Part shown: piece by piece, positions 51,489 to 60,480 of the stretch
Layout: each line of letters opens with the position of its first letter
Position numbering within the stretch: position 1 is the first letter of the stretch
Assembly (NCBI GenBank): GCA_963662655.2
Contig: CAXXTU010000002.1
Coordinates: 992,001 to 1,056,000 of the forward strand
DNA: 64,000 nucleotides
Direction of reading: 5' to 3'
Source of the DNA: Candidatus Cloacimonadales bacterium
GTDB taxonomy: Bacteria > Cloacimonadota > Cloacimonadia > Cloacimonadales > JAIOQZ01
Notes under the pieces: generated by a model
What the model was told of the DNA's origin: nothing
What the model saw: the letters and a program-made list of their open reading frames with translations, nothing else
Database searches by the model: none
Program-made: the position numbers and the translations under genes

Positions 51489-52129
51489 TCATCATTGGCG
51501 GTCTCGGGAACGGTACCGTCATCGCGGATGCGATTGCGCATGCCGCGGGATCGGATCGCGATCCACTTGTTGCGGGATTCCTCAACGATCACACACTGGT
51601 GGGAGACATGATCGGTTCCTACCCCGTGCTCGGCGGAACATGCGACATCGCCGGATTCATAAAAGATAACTACAGTTTTGTCTATACCATCCTGCGCATC
51701 GATGGACAGGACGAGCGCCTGCGGTTGTTTGACAGCCTGAATATACCAGACGAGCAGCTTTTTACCTTCGTGCATCCCAAGGCTTACGTCGCGCCAGGCG
51801 TGAAAATCGGCTGTGGAACGGTTATAATGCCGAACGCGTCCATCTCCTCCGATACAATCCTCGGCAAAGGGTGCCTGGTGATGGTCAATGCAAGCATCGG
51901 GCATAACACGCACATCGGCGATTTCTGCCACTTCGCGGCCCAAAGTTGCATCAGCTCGTGCGTGAAGATCGAGACTGGCGTGCACATCGGACTCAATGCC
52001 ACCGTGCGCGAAGGCCTCCACCTGAAAGCCTTCTCGACGCTCGGAATGGGTTCGGTTCTGCTTAAAAACATGGACGAGCGCGAAATCTGGGTGGGATATC
52101 CGGCAAAGTTCCTCCGCGAAGCGGAATGA
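51473..52129 (+). CDS. NeuD/PglD-family sugar acyltransferase (hexapeptide repeats)
   Basis: IIGGLG, VHPKA, left-handed beta-helix repeats with SIGHN, WVGYPAK. Confidence 0.85.
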   Translation: MQRRVIIIGGLGNGTVIADAIAHAAGSDRDPLVAGFLNDHTLVGDMIGSYPVLGGTCDIAGFIKDNYSFVYTILRIDGQDERLRLFDSLNIPDEQLFTFVHPKAYVAPGVKIGCGTVIMPNASISSDTILGKGCLVMVNASIGHNTHIGDFCHFAAQSCISSCVKIETGVHIGLNATVREGLHLKAFSTLGMGSVLLKNMDEREIWVGYPAKFLREAE

Positions 52130-52141
52130 TCGGAGACTTTC

Positions 52142-52831
52142 ATGAGCAGCGCGGCAATCATTCAGTCCAATTACATCTCGTGGAAGGGATACTTCCACAT
52201 CATCCAGTCGGTGGACCACTTTGTATTCCTCGATTCGGTGCAATACACGTCAAGGGACTGGCGGAACCGAAATCGCATCAAGACCCAGAGCGGACTCCGG
52301 TGGCTCACCGTACCGGTCATATCAAAACGCAACACATTGATCAAAGACGTTCGCATCGACGGAACATGCTGGCAGAAGAAGCACCTGGAAAGCCTGCGAC
52401 ACGCCTACGGGAAGTGCCCCCATTTCGAGAAGTACCACGATCTGCTAAGCGATATCTACGAGAAGCGGCACTGGACGTATCTCTCGGAATTGAACCACTT
52501 CATCACGGCGCTAATCTGCGAGAACCTATCCATCGAGACAAAGCTCCACGCGGATACGGAATTCTCGGCCCCTATCGGGAAAAACACGCGTCTGCTGCAC
52601 ATCCTCAAGGAACTGGATGTGAAGAAATACGTCACCGGGCCTTCCGCAAAGGCGTATATGGATATCGATCTATATCGCAACACGGGAATCGACGTGGAGT
52701 TCTTCGACTACCCCGACTACCCGCAATATCAGCAACTCCACGGTGATTTCTATCAAAAAGTCACCATACTCGATCTACTATTCCATACGGGAGAAGACAG
52801 CGCAAAATTCATCTGGGATAACGAGAAATGA
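52142..52831 (+). CDS. WbqC-like protein
   Basis: IIQSNYISWKGYF, DSVQY...WRNRNRIKT, WLTVPV, YQQLHG.F and TILDLLF. Confidence 0.9.
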   Translation: MSSAAIIQSNYISWKGYFHIIQSVDHFVFLDSVQYTSRDWRNRNRIKTQSGLRWLTVPVISKRNTLIKDVRIDGTCWQKKHLESLRHAYGKCPHFEKYHDLLSDIYEKRHWTYLSELNHFITALICENLSIETKLHADTEFSAPIGKNTRLLHILKELDVKKYVTGPSAKAYMDIDLYRNTGIDVEFFDYPDYPQYQQLHGDFYQKVTILDLLFHTGEDSAKFIWDNEK

Positions 52832-52901
52832 ACCGGATAGACACTTGAATTGTCACTGAAACGCATGGGGATTGATCCCCCGCTCAACCCAAGGAGATGC
52901 C

Positions 52902-54608
52902 ATGACCGATTACTCGAAAGACAAACTACTGAGCCGCCTCGACTCCCCGCGCATCGTTTTTATCTTTGTCACAATCATGTTTCTTCTGTTCGTATCGCCC
53001 TACATCATCAAGGGATGGGACGTGTGGATCAACCAGTTCGACAACCTCGATCAAATCAGCTACATCGGCATTTTCGACGGCGCTTTTCGCGGACAATTCA
53101 CGCCCAGCGACGACATGCCCGAGAATTTCCTGCCCGGAATGGAGCCCATCTTCCGCGTCTCGATTCTATCGGTGCAAAAGCTGTTCTGGCAGTTCGGATT
53201 CTTCCCCGGGTTCGTCATCAACGAGATGGTTTACCGGATCCTCGGATTCATCGGCTTCTACCTGCTTCTTCGCCGACTCTTCATGCGGGACATGCCACGC
53301 ATCTTCCCCGCAATCCTGGCGCTCTCCTACAGCTTCCTGCCCTTCTGGCCGCAGGGCGGGTTATCTATCGCCGGGCTTCCGCTCCTTACCTGGACGCTTC
53401 TGCTCATCGTGAATAAAGAGCGACTTCCGCTCGCATACTTCTTGATCGTCCTGTACACACTCTACTCGGGATTCTTCCTTACCGGGATATTCGTCATCAT
53501 GGCGCTGTTCGTGATCACCATGCTTATGATGATCAGGCGAAAACCGTTCTGGCGGCTGGCGATCCCGATGATTCTCATGACGGCCATCTACGTGGCGGTT
53601 TATTACTCGTTCTTCGTAATCGTCTTCATCGAGAAGATACCCACCAACCGCTCGCAGATTCTACTCGCCTCCGAGAATCTGGTGAAAATCCTGAACGAGT
53701 TCTTCCTCGCTTTTTTCACGAAATCCCACCTGCACGCCCACTCGTACCAGAAGTACCTGTTACTGCCGGTTTCGATCATCGGGCTTATCGCGATGTTTCG
53801 CAGGAGGGATTATCCCTGGCGCTGGCTGATGTTCCTCTTGGCCGGCTTCATCCTGTTCTGCGCGACAATCTTCTCGCTGTATCGCTACCAGCCGTTCAAC
53901 GACTTTTATGCCAGCCTTAACTTCGGATTCGACTACTCCCGCTTCTATTTCCTTACCCCGCCCGTATGGTACATGATGGCCGGTATTACCGTGGCCTTTT
54001 TTATCGGGACATTACGCTGGAAAAGAACCGTTACAATCATCTGCCTGACGCTGCTGCTGGCGCAACTCGGGATCAATTACTCGAAATCGAGCTGGAAAGC
54101 CTGGGTGAAGAAGCCCTCGCTTCGGGAAGTGATGTCGACCGAACAATTCGACCGCATCACAAGCTTTCTGGAGGAGAACGAGCCCGGCTTCAGCAAGGAA
54201 TCCTCGCGCATCGGCTGCGTGGGTTTCGCCCCGGCGATCGCGAATTTCAACGGCTTCAAGACGCTGGGGGCCTACTGCCCGTCATATCCCCTGCATCTCA
54301 AAGACGATTTTCTGGAAATACTCGCCGGGGACATGGAGAAGAACAAGATTCTGAAGCAGTACATGGAAAAATGGGGCTCGCAGTTGTATCTGTTCGATCA
54401 CAGGATTTTCATCAACATGATCGATCAGCGTGCCTTGAGGAAACGTTATCCCTTTACCACCTGTGAATGGAATCTGGAGATATTGAGGGAAAAGGGCGTC
54501 GATCTTCTCTTCAGCACAACGCCGATCACGAACGCCCGGGAAGCGGGATTAACTCCGGTGGCGAAAGATGTCGACGATTACTACCATTTCTATATCTATC
54601 GCCTGTAA
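52902..54608 (+). CDS. Multi-pass membrane protein, DUF6044-like (putative GT-C type glycosyltransferase)
   Basis: ATG 52902 after AGGAG; FDNLD, LPFWP.GGLSIAG.P, FDYSRF and NGFKTL; about 10 TM segments. Family name is from recall. Confidence 0.7.
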   Translation: MTDYSKDKLLSRLDSPRIVFIFVTIMFLLFVSPYIIKGWDVWINQFDNLDQISYIGIFDGAFRGQFTPSDDMPENFLPGMEPIFRVSILSVQKLFWQFGFFPGFVINEMVYRILGFIGFYLLLRRLFMRDMPRIFPAILALSYSFLPFWPQGGLSIAGLPLLTWTLLLIVNKERLPLAYFLIVLYTLYSGFFLTGIFVIMALFVITMLMMIRRKPFWRLAIPMILMTAIYVAVYYSFFVIVFIEKIPTNRSQILLASENLVKILNEFFLAFFTKSHLHAHSYQKYLLLPVSIIGLIAMFRRRDYPWRWLMFLLAGFILFCATIFSLYRYQPFNDFYASLNFGFDYSRFYFLTPPVWYMMAGITVAFFIGTLRWKRTVTIICLTLLLAQLGINYSKSSWKAWVKKPSLREVMSTEQFDRITSFLEENEPGFSKESSRIGCVGFAPAIANFNGFKTLGAYCPSYPLHLKDDFLEILAGDMEKNKILKQYMEKWGSQLYLFDHRIFINMIDQRALRKRYPFTTCEWNLEILREKGVDLLFSTTPITNAREAGLTPVAKDVDDYYHFYIYRL

Positions 54609-54610
54609 GG

Positions 54611-55336
54611 TTATAAATTGCATCTGTGGGAGATGATCTCCATCTGGTCGTGATAGGTTCCCGAGATAACCTCCGCGTTGATCTCAGAGGTCTCGTGAAC
54701 CACGATTTTGCGGTTCAGGCAACCTACGCGATCCGAATACGAAGAAACGAAACCGATATCGTGCGTCACCAGCACGATCGTCTTCCCGATCTCCTTGAGC
54801 AGCTTGAAGATGCCAAGTTCCATCCGCATATCGACACTCGCGGTGGGCTCGTCGAGGAAGAGAATCTCCGGTTCCGTCATCAGCGCACGCGCAATGAGGG
54901 TTCGCTGCTTCTGTCCGCCGGAGAGATCGCCGTAACGCTGGTTGGCGAGATCGCCGATTTCCATTTTATCGAGCATCTCGGCAGCTTTCAACTTCTGCTG
55001 CTTTGGCCAGAAAGGAAGCATCGAACTCGCGCTCAGGCTCCCCATCAGGACAACCTCTCGTACACGCACCGGAAAATCTTCGTATTTCACGCCATACTGC
55101 GGCACGTAACCGATGTAGCGATGCGCCCGTGACGGTGCCACGCCCATGACGGATATCCTCCCCCTTCCAGGCTTGAGCAGGCCGAGCATCAACTTGAGCA
55201 GCGTCGTTTTCCCGCCGCCGTTGGGACCCACAATCGCGATGAACTCGCCGCGCCTCACCTGCAGGTCGATGCCGTCCAGCACAGGCTGGTTGTTGTACGC
55301 AAACGAGACATTCTCCACGCGGATCGCATCGTTCAT
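54611..55336 (-). CDS. znuC: Metal (Zn/Mn) ABC transporter ATP-binding protein
   Basis: GPNGGGKTT, GYVPQ, LSGGQKQR, LDEPT and VTHD. Confidence 0.88.
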   Translation of the reverse strand: MNDAIRVENVSFAYNNQPVLDGIDLQVRRGEFIAIVGPNGGGKTTLLKLMLGLLKPGRGRISVMGVAPSRAHRYIGYVPQYGVKYEDFPVRVREVVLMGSLSASSMLPFWPKQQKLKAAEMLDKMEIGDLANQRYGDLSGGQKQRTLIARALMTEPEILFLDEPTASVDMRMELGIFKLLKEIGKTIVLVTHDIGFVSSYSDRVGCLNRKIVVHETSEINAEVISGTYHDQMEIISHRCNL

Positions 55337-56295
55337 CGAAGACTCTCGGCCAATGATGTTGCAATGCTTTTCATGTTATTCATGTAATCCTCCGCGAGCG
55401 GGTCAATACCGACAACGCTCCCGCCGATCTCCTGCGCGATGCTTGTCGCGACATTCTCGTCAAATTGCTTTTGCACGAAGATCACCTTGATTCCCTTCTC
55501 CTTTGCAAAGCGTACGATCTCGACCGTGTGCTTTCCAAGGGGTTCCTTCCCTTCTACCTCGATGGGAATCTGCCGTAAACCGAATTGCTCGCAGAAATAG
55601 CCCCACGCGGGATGGAATACGAGGATGTCGCGCGTCTCGAGCGGCTCGAGAATCTCCTCCACCTGCTTCGAGAGCCCGTCCAGATCAAGGGAGAATTCAC
55701 GGAGGTTTTGCTCGATCTCGGCCGCGTGGTCCGGTAATATCTTCTTCATCGCATCGGCGATGGTTCCGGCCTGTTTCTTCACCAGATCGGGTGAGAGCCA
55801 GATATGCGGATCCTTACCCGTGTGTTCATGGTCGTGCCCATGATGCTCGTGTTCCTCTTCCATATCGTGGTGTTCGTGGTCGTGCTCCATATCCTGATGC
55901 CCCAATTCAAGCGCGATCTCGTCAAACGACTCCACGTCGCGTAGGGTAAGCCCCTTGCGTGTGTCGATGATGGTGACACCCGATGCGCTCTCCTGGATCG
56001 CCGGTAGAAACGATTCCTCGAACGGAACGCCGATCCTGAAATAGACCTGCGCGTCTTTCAGCTCGACCTGCTGCTTGATGGAGGGCTCGTACGTTACCGG
56101 ACTCGAGTTCGGTGGAAGCATCAGCCTTACATCGACGAAGTCACCCGCGATTCGCTCCACGAAATACTTTTGCGGCGCGATGCTCACGAAAACCACCGGC
56201 TTGTCCGACACCTTTTGCGCCTCTTTCGGCGCGCAGGACATCAAAAGTCCCGCAACAATAAATAATGCTATGATTGCTTTGCGCATTGTTTGCAT
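55333..56295 (-). CDS. znuA: Zinc ABC transporter substrate-binding lipoprotein
   Basis: Lipobox LMSC, His-rich loop, DPHIWLSP, FHPAWGYF and IDPL. Confidence 0.9.
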   Translation of the reverse strand: MQTMRKAIIALFIVAGLLMSCAPKEAQKVSDKPVVFVSIAPQKYFVERIAGDFVDVRLMLPPNSSPVTYEPSIKQQVELKDAQVYFRIGVPFEESFLPAIQESASGVTIIDTRKGLTLRDVESFDEIALELGHQDMEHDHEHHDMEEEHEHHGHDHEHTGKDPHIWLSPDLVKKQAGTIADAMKKILPDHAAEIEQNLREFSLDLDGLSKQVEEILEPLETRDILVFHPAWGYFCEQFGLRQIPIEVEGKEPLGKHTVEIVRFAKEKGIKVIFVQKQFDENVATSIAQEIGGSVVGIDPLAEDYMNNMKSIATSLAESLR

Positions 56296-56684
56296 ACTCC
56301 TTTCATGACCAGCGATATCTGGTCGATCCGGTGCATCTCGGCGTTGCGAATCAGAACGCTGCTCTGATCGAAATCGAGCGGCGCGAGGCAGAACAGCCGC
56401 TCGCAGTGCTCGCAGTAGAAATGCCCGTGCGGCGGATGATGCTCGCAGACGTACTCGTAGAACTGATGGCCGTCCAGAAACGCGATTTCGCGCACGATGC
56501 CCTTCTCGAGCAGCAAGTGGATGAATCGGTAGATGGTCGCAAGGTCAATGTCAGCCATCTCTTTCTGCAATTGCTTTGCAGAAAACGAAACCTCGTGGAT
56601 CATCTTCGAGAGCAACTCGATTCGCTGCCTTGTCTTCCTTATCTTGCTCCTCTGGAGCACATTTCCCGGATCGCATTTTTTCAT
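56268..56684 (-). CDS. Fur-family regulator, probably Zur
   Basis: TRQR, ATIYR and HGHFYCEHC...GVCKQC; heads the znuA-znuC operon. Confidence 0.85.
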   Translation of the reverse strand: MKKCDPGNVLQRSKIRKTRQRIELLSKMIHEVSFSAKQLQKEMADIDLATIYRFIHLLLEKGIVREIAFLDGHQFYEYVCEHHPPHGHFYCEHCERLFCLAPLDFDQSSVLIRNAEMHRIDQISLVMKGVCKQCAKQS

Positions 56685-56702
56685 GACACCAAGATACAAT
56701 AG

Positions 56703-56719
56703 TTGCAAATGATTTGCAA
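56703..56719. promoter_or_regulatory. Putative Zur/Fur operator
   Basis: Perfect 8-1-8 palindrome TTGCAAAT-G-ATTTGCAA, 19-35 bp upstream of the regulator's ATG. Confidence 0.7.
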
Positions 56720-56767
56720 GAAGAAAATACGATTCCCGTGACTTTTATTATCTCGAAGACTTGAAAC

Positions 56768-56901
56768 ATCGTGAGCAGATTCGCTTCTTTCCTGCCTGAA
56801 GCCGTGTTGTTACACGTTGAGCGCTTTCACGATACATTGACTCTTTGCGACAACGTGTTATATACACGGTGGAAGGCAGGATGGAGCGAAGATGCCACGA
56901 T
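56768..56901 (+). repeat. Dispersed structured hairpin element, copy 3
   Basis: ATCGTG-AGCAGATTCG...CGTGTTGTTACAC-loop-GTGTTATATACACG...GCGAAGATGC-CACGAT. Confidence 0.8.
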
Positions 56902-56917
56902 TGAGGAAGGGGAATCG

Positions 56918-57502
56918 CTATTCTTGAGAGGTCTGCGAAATCCTGATGGCGATGCGCCCCGTCGACTCCCAGGAGGATTCGAAATCGTCAAAGGGAATTC
57001 GCACCGGAAGTTCTCCGCCGGTGTGCGCGATCACATACCGGTGTACGCTCGAGTAACCCGTTACCAGCAGATAATGCCTTGGCGACTTGTAGTCCGAGAC
57101 AATCTTGCGCACCCCGTCAAACGGATTAGCCGAGTCCATCTCGACCATCGCAATCAGTGGGATTCCCGCATCGATGCATTGCTTCAAATCATCCAGTGAA
57201 CTCCGGTAGAGCCTCGCGTCCAGACCCCGGGATTTCGCGTAGACAACCATGTCCAGCGTCAGAGTTCCCTCGAGAGCGTCCCTGCGAACTGCCGTGGCGA
57301 CGGAATCCATTCTTACGGCTATCCCGTAATAGTTCAGAACGGAAGTCAACGTCGCGGGACCGCAATCCACTCCGTTTTGTGGGTTGACCGGAATTCCGTC
57401 GATCACATGCTCGACTTCGTAGTTGTACGAGAAGCGAACGCACGAAAAAAAAGCCAGCGAACACAGGCTGGCAAGTATCAGAAGCTTGGTTTTCACTTTC
57501 AT
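56918..57502 (-). CDS. C39-like cysteine peptidase, lipoprotein
   Basis: Lipobox FFSC; Q...DCGPATL..VLNYYG, GIPLI and HYLLVTGY. Confidence 0.85.
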   Translation of the reverse strand: MKVKTKLLILASLCSLAFFSCVRFSYNYEVEHVIDGIPVNPQNGVDCGPATLTSVLNYYGIAVRMDSVATAVRRDALEGTLTLDMVVYAKSRGLDARLYRSSLDDLKQCIDAGIPLIAMVEMDSANPFDGVRKIVSDYKSPRHYLLVTGYSSVHRYVIAHTGGELPVRIPFDDFESSWESTGRIAIRISQTSQE

Positions 57503-57858
57503 GGCGCAAATACGTTCGATTCGGTTCCGGTATCTTCCGCGAGCATGAGCGTTGCGGCGGCTGCGGCAGCCATCAAGCCGATAATGACGAACGTAACGAC
57601 ATACTTCCCGCGCATTCCGCCGGCGTCGATCAAGCCCTCGTCTTCCACCAGTCCTGCAACTTCCACATCACTCAGATCGGCCACCAGGTCGGCGGCTTCT
57701 TCGGCATCCAGACCCTTCTCGACAAGCGCTTCAACCAGTCGCGTGCGGTATTGAACAGCCTGGGCCGCATCCGTTTGGGCAGGAGAAATCCCACTCAGGG
57801 ATGTTCGTGCAAAAAGCAGAATCGCAATGAATAAAAGAAAGTAGCGAGATCGAGCCAT
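57499..57858 (-). CDS. Small secreted/membrane protein, PA2779-like
   Basis: ATG 57858 (TGATG overlap); signal peptide, acidic helical region LSDVEV, DAGG, then a hydrophobic helix. Confidence 0.7.
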   Translation of the reverse strand: MARSRYFLLFIAILLFARTSLSGISPAQTDAAQAVQYRTRLVEALVEKGLDAEEAADLVADLSDVEVAGLVEDEGLIDAGGMRGKYVVTFVIIGLMAAAAAATLMLAEDTGTESNVFAP

Positions 57859-58202
57859 CAGTTGTTCGCGTCCACGATCAGCCAGGCGATGATCCCCAGT
57901 GTGAGAGACCAGACAGCTACTTGCGTCCACATTCTTTTACTTCTGCGGCTTCCGGCCTCGTCGATCTGATCCAGATCCGCAGCGATGTCACCCAACTGCG
58001 TGTCATCGATGTTCTCGAGAAGCGCCGTGATCTCCTCATCGGTCAGTTGTTTGTCCTGCAGAGCGCAGCGAACAAACGCCTCGTTCTGTGCTCTCTCGAG
58101 TGTTACGGGACCTTCCGCTTTCGCGTTCGTTACGGTTTCGGCGAAGACAACTCCTACCGAAAGCAGCATGATGATGATTAAGATGCTGGCAATACGCCTC
58201 AT
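57858..58202 (-). CDS. Small secreted/membrane protein, PA2779-like paralog
   Basis: Signal peptide, acidic helical region IDDTQL, EAGS, then a hydrophobic helix. Confidence 0.7.
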   Translation of the reverse strand: MRRIASILIIIMLLSVGVVFAETVTNAKAEGPVTLERAQNEAFVRCALQDKQLTDEEITALLENIDDTQLGDIAADLDQIDEAGSRRSKRMWTQVAVWSLTLGIIAWLIVDANN

Positions 58203-58266
58203 ATTCGCTCTCCCATATTTTTTCTACGAAATTCACCGGTCAGGGCTTATTTGTCCAGCGATTTTT

Positions 58267-59130
58267 CTACCACTCGTAATCGGGATCGTACATGATGTCG
58301 CCGTAGCCCCATTGAGATTGATTTCCATTTGTATCGAGGATACGGTAGAAGATACGGTAGAGACCGGGAACAAATGAATAATCTCCCGCATTGAACTCGA
58401 TCGATGATTTCCCCGAAAGAACATCATCTGATAAAACTAAGAAATCATCTCCGGTGGCATTGTAAAGAACTACGTCAGCAGTGAATCCTTGCTTGATATT
58501 GTATAGAAATTCTCCCTTTCCATCGAATGGATTTGCGAAAAATCTAAATGCGTTTGTGTCGAGATCCGACAGATTCTCCGGACTGACTATAATTGACAGT
58601 GGGCCAGCAACGTGGACTACATCATTGTTGTGAACCATTTTAACAAAATAGAAGGACGTGGCATCAACGTATGGATAATAGTCATAATACTTATAATCCA
58701 TGTGGTTCGGAGTATTCGTCGCTGGGATAATCTCAAGATTAACATTCTCTGTTATAATATAATCAGGGTCTATACTTCTGAGACAGTAAAATCCCATGAC
58801 ATCTGTTTCAGTTTCTGTTGTCCATTCGATGCAAACGATTTCGAAACCGATGTCGGTAACTTTCAGTGAGGGAAACCAGTAATCGTTGAGTGTGTTTTTC
58901 GAAGTTCGATACGAATAGACTTGCCAGTCGCGCGTATCGACTTCTCCGATCTCACCTTCATCCGAAATAATCGTGTATCCATCGAAATCACCGACATAAA
59001 CAGGAAATTCCGCACCCTCAGGAGTTACCCAGTCTTCATTTCCCGATGACGGCGACGAAAAAAACGAATGGCAACCGCCTAAGAATAACGCGGCGAGAAC
59101 CAGCGCGGTAAGAATGATAAATCTGCCCAT
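58267..59130 (-). CDS. Hypothetical lipoprotein
   Basis: Lipobox LGGC; WTTETETDVMGF Ig-like segment; terminal GYGDI; AT-rich. Confidence 0.7.
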   Translation of the reverse strand: MGRFIILTALVLAALFLGGCHSFFSSPSSGNEDWVTPEGAEFPVYVGDFDGYTIISDEGEIGEVDTRDWQVYSYRTSKNTLNDYWFPSLKVTDIGFEIVCIEWTTETETDVMGFYCLRSIDPDYIITENVNLEIIPATNTPNHMDYKYYDYYPYVDATSFYFVKMVHNNDVVHVAGPLSIIVSPENLSDLDTNAFRFFANPFDGKGEFLYNIKQGFTADVVLYNATGDDFLVLSDDVLSGKSSIEFNAGDYSFVPGLYRIFYRILDTNGNQSQWGYGDIMYDPDYEW

Positions 59131-59437
59131 GAAACCCTCCTGCCGGAAAAATGATCTGGAGCACCTTCATTATCGTTATTTCATGCGGTTTGACGTCAAG
59201 TTTTTTCTCTTAACGAAATTACCGCACAAGAATGTACATATCACCATGATATATCCTGGATCGATACGGATATAATTGCATTGTCCAACAGGTTCCGGCG
59301 ATGTTCCGGAAAACATTTTTCACGCGGCGGATTCCGTGTTATGAGATACATCGCAACGACTTATGCTGAAAGTACAACTTTTTCGGCATAAATAATGTAA
59401 CCATAGCGAGGTAAATCCATTTATTCAGTGAAAGCGT

Positions 59438-59971
59438 ATGGAACGGGAAGAAGAAAAAATCAGGGATGCCCGAAAGGACATTAAGTGCTTCGATGCACTG
59501 TATAGCGAATATTATCCGCTCATTGACAGGTTTGTATTCCATAGAGTGAGTGATACGCAGACACGCCACGAGATTGTATCAGATGTCTTTTTCTGCGCAA
59601 TGAACAAGTTGAACATGTTCCGCTGGTTTGGTAAAGGATCATTCCAGGCCTGGTTGATACGAATCGCCATGAATGAGGTAAACGGCTATTATCGCCGGGC
59701 AAAGCGGGATAAAAGAATAATGGAGAAACTCGAGTGGGAGTCGGACGCCTGCAATGGGGATATGCAGGACGACGACGGCTTCGACTACGGGAAAATCCGC
59801 AGCGCGCTTGAAGAGCTTCCCTTGAAGGATCAGAACCTTATCAGTCTCAGGTTCTTCAACAAGCTCAAGCATCAGGAGATTGCGGAAGTTTTCAAGACGA
59901 CCGAGGGAGCTGTAAAAGTGAGGCTTCACAGAGCAATGGACAAGCTCCGCAAGATTGTCGAGGGGGATTAG
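59438..59971 (+). CDS. ECF RNA polymerase sigma factor
   Basis: Region 2 (SFQAWLIRIAMN) and region 4 (QEIAE...GAVKVRLHRA). Confidence 0.92.
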   Translation: MEREEEKIRDARKDIKCFDALYSEYYPLIDRFVFHRVSDTQTRHEIVSDVFFCAMNKLNMFRWFGKGSFQAWLIRIAMNEVNGYYRRAKRDKRIMEKLEWESDACNGDMQDDDGFDYGKIRSALEELPLKDQNLISLRFFNKLKHQEIAEVFKTTEGAVKVRLHRAMDKLRKIVEGD

Positions 59972-59973
59972 AA

Positions 59974-60441
59974 ATGGATTTTGAAAACAAATTGAACGCG
60001 ATGAATGTACCCGGGCCCGAAAACGACGGGTATGATATTCAGTTGAGAGCCGCTCTGAAAGAACATTACTTTGGACGTGAGAAAAAATACCAATACCGTT
60101 TTCGTCTATCGGTGGGATTTGCCTCAGCGCTTCTAATGATACTGTTCGTTTTTATCTGGAATCCCGAACTTGCCATCCGGGCGAACCAGATTGCATTCCG
60201 AAGTAATGCACCGGAGCGGCTCGATTCTTCAGCGGATAACGCGGACGAGGAATACGTGGATTATACATCACTGTACAATCCCGAGCTTTATCCGATTTTC
60301 CATGAAGAAAACTACGAAGAAGAAAAGGCATACGTGATTCGAAAGTACAAATCATCCGAAAAGGGTGAATTGATGATCGTATCCGAATTTGATCCGGTCG
60401 ATACCATACCTGTCGGGAAAAATCTGCCCGGCAGTATATAG
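59974..60441 (+). CDS. Putative single-pass anti-sigma factor
   Basis: Directly follows the ECF sigma gene; one TM helix. Confidence 0.65.
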   Translation: MDFENKLNAMNVPGPENDGYDIQLRAALKEHYFGREKKYQYRFRLSVGFASALLMILFVFIWNPELAIRANQIAFRSNAPERLDSSADNADEEYVDYTSLYNPELYPIFHEENYEEEKAYVIRKYKSSEKGELMIVSEFDPVDTIPVGKNLPGSI

Positions 60442-60480
60442 TAAAGCCTTTATAAGTTGAAGATCGTATAGGAGGTAACA

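Noticed and set aside
56730..56917. Long rod-like fold considered as 6S RNA
   Set aside because: It is one of four homologous dispersed copies and I could not identify 6S-type features.
56771..57199. 142-aa plus-strand ORF across hairpin copy 3
   Set aside because: It overlaps the C39 gene antisense and the repeat element, with no protein motif.
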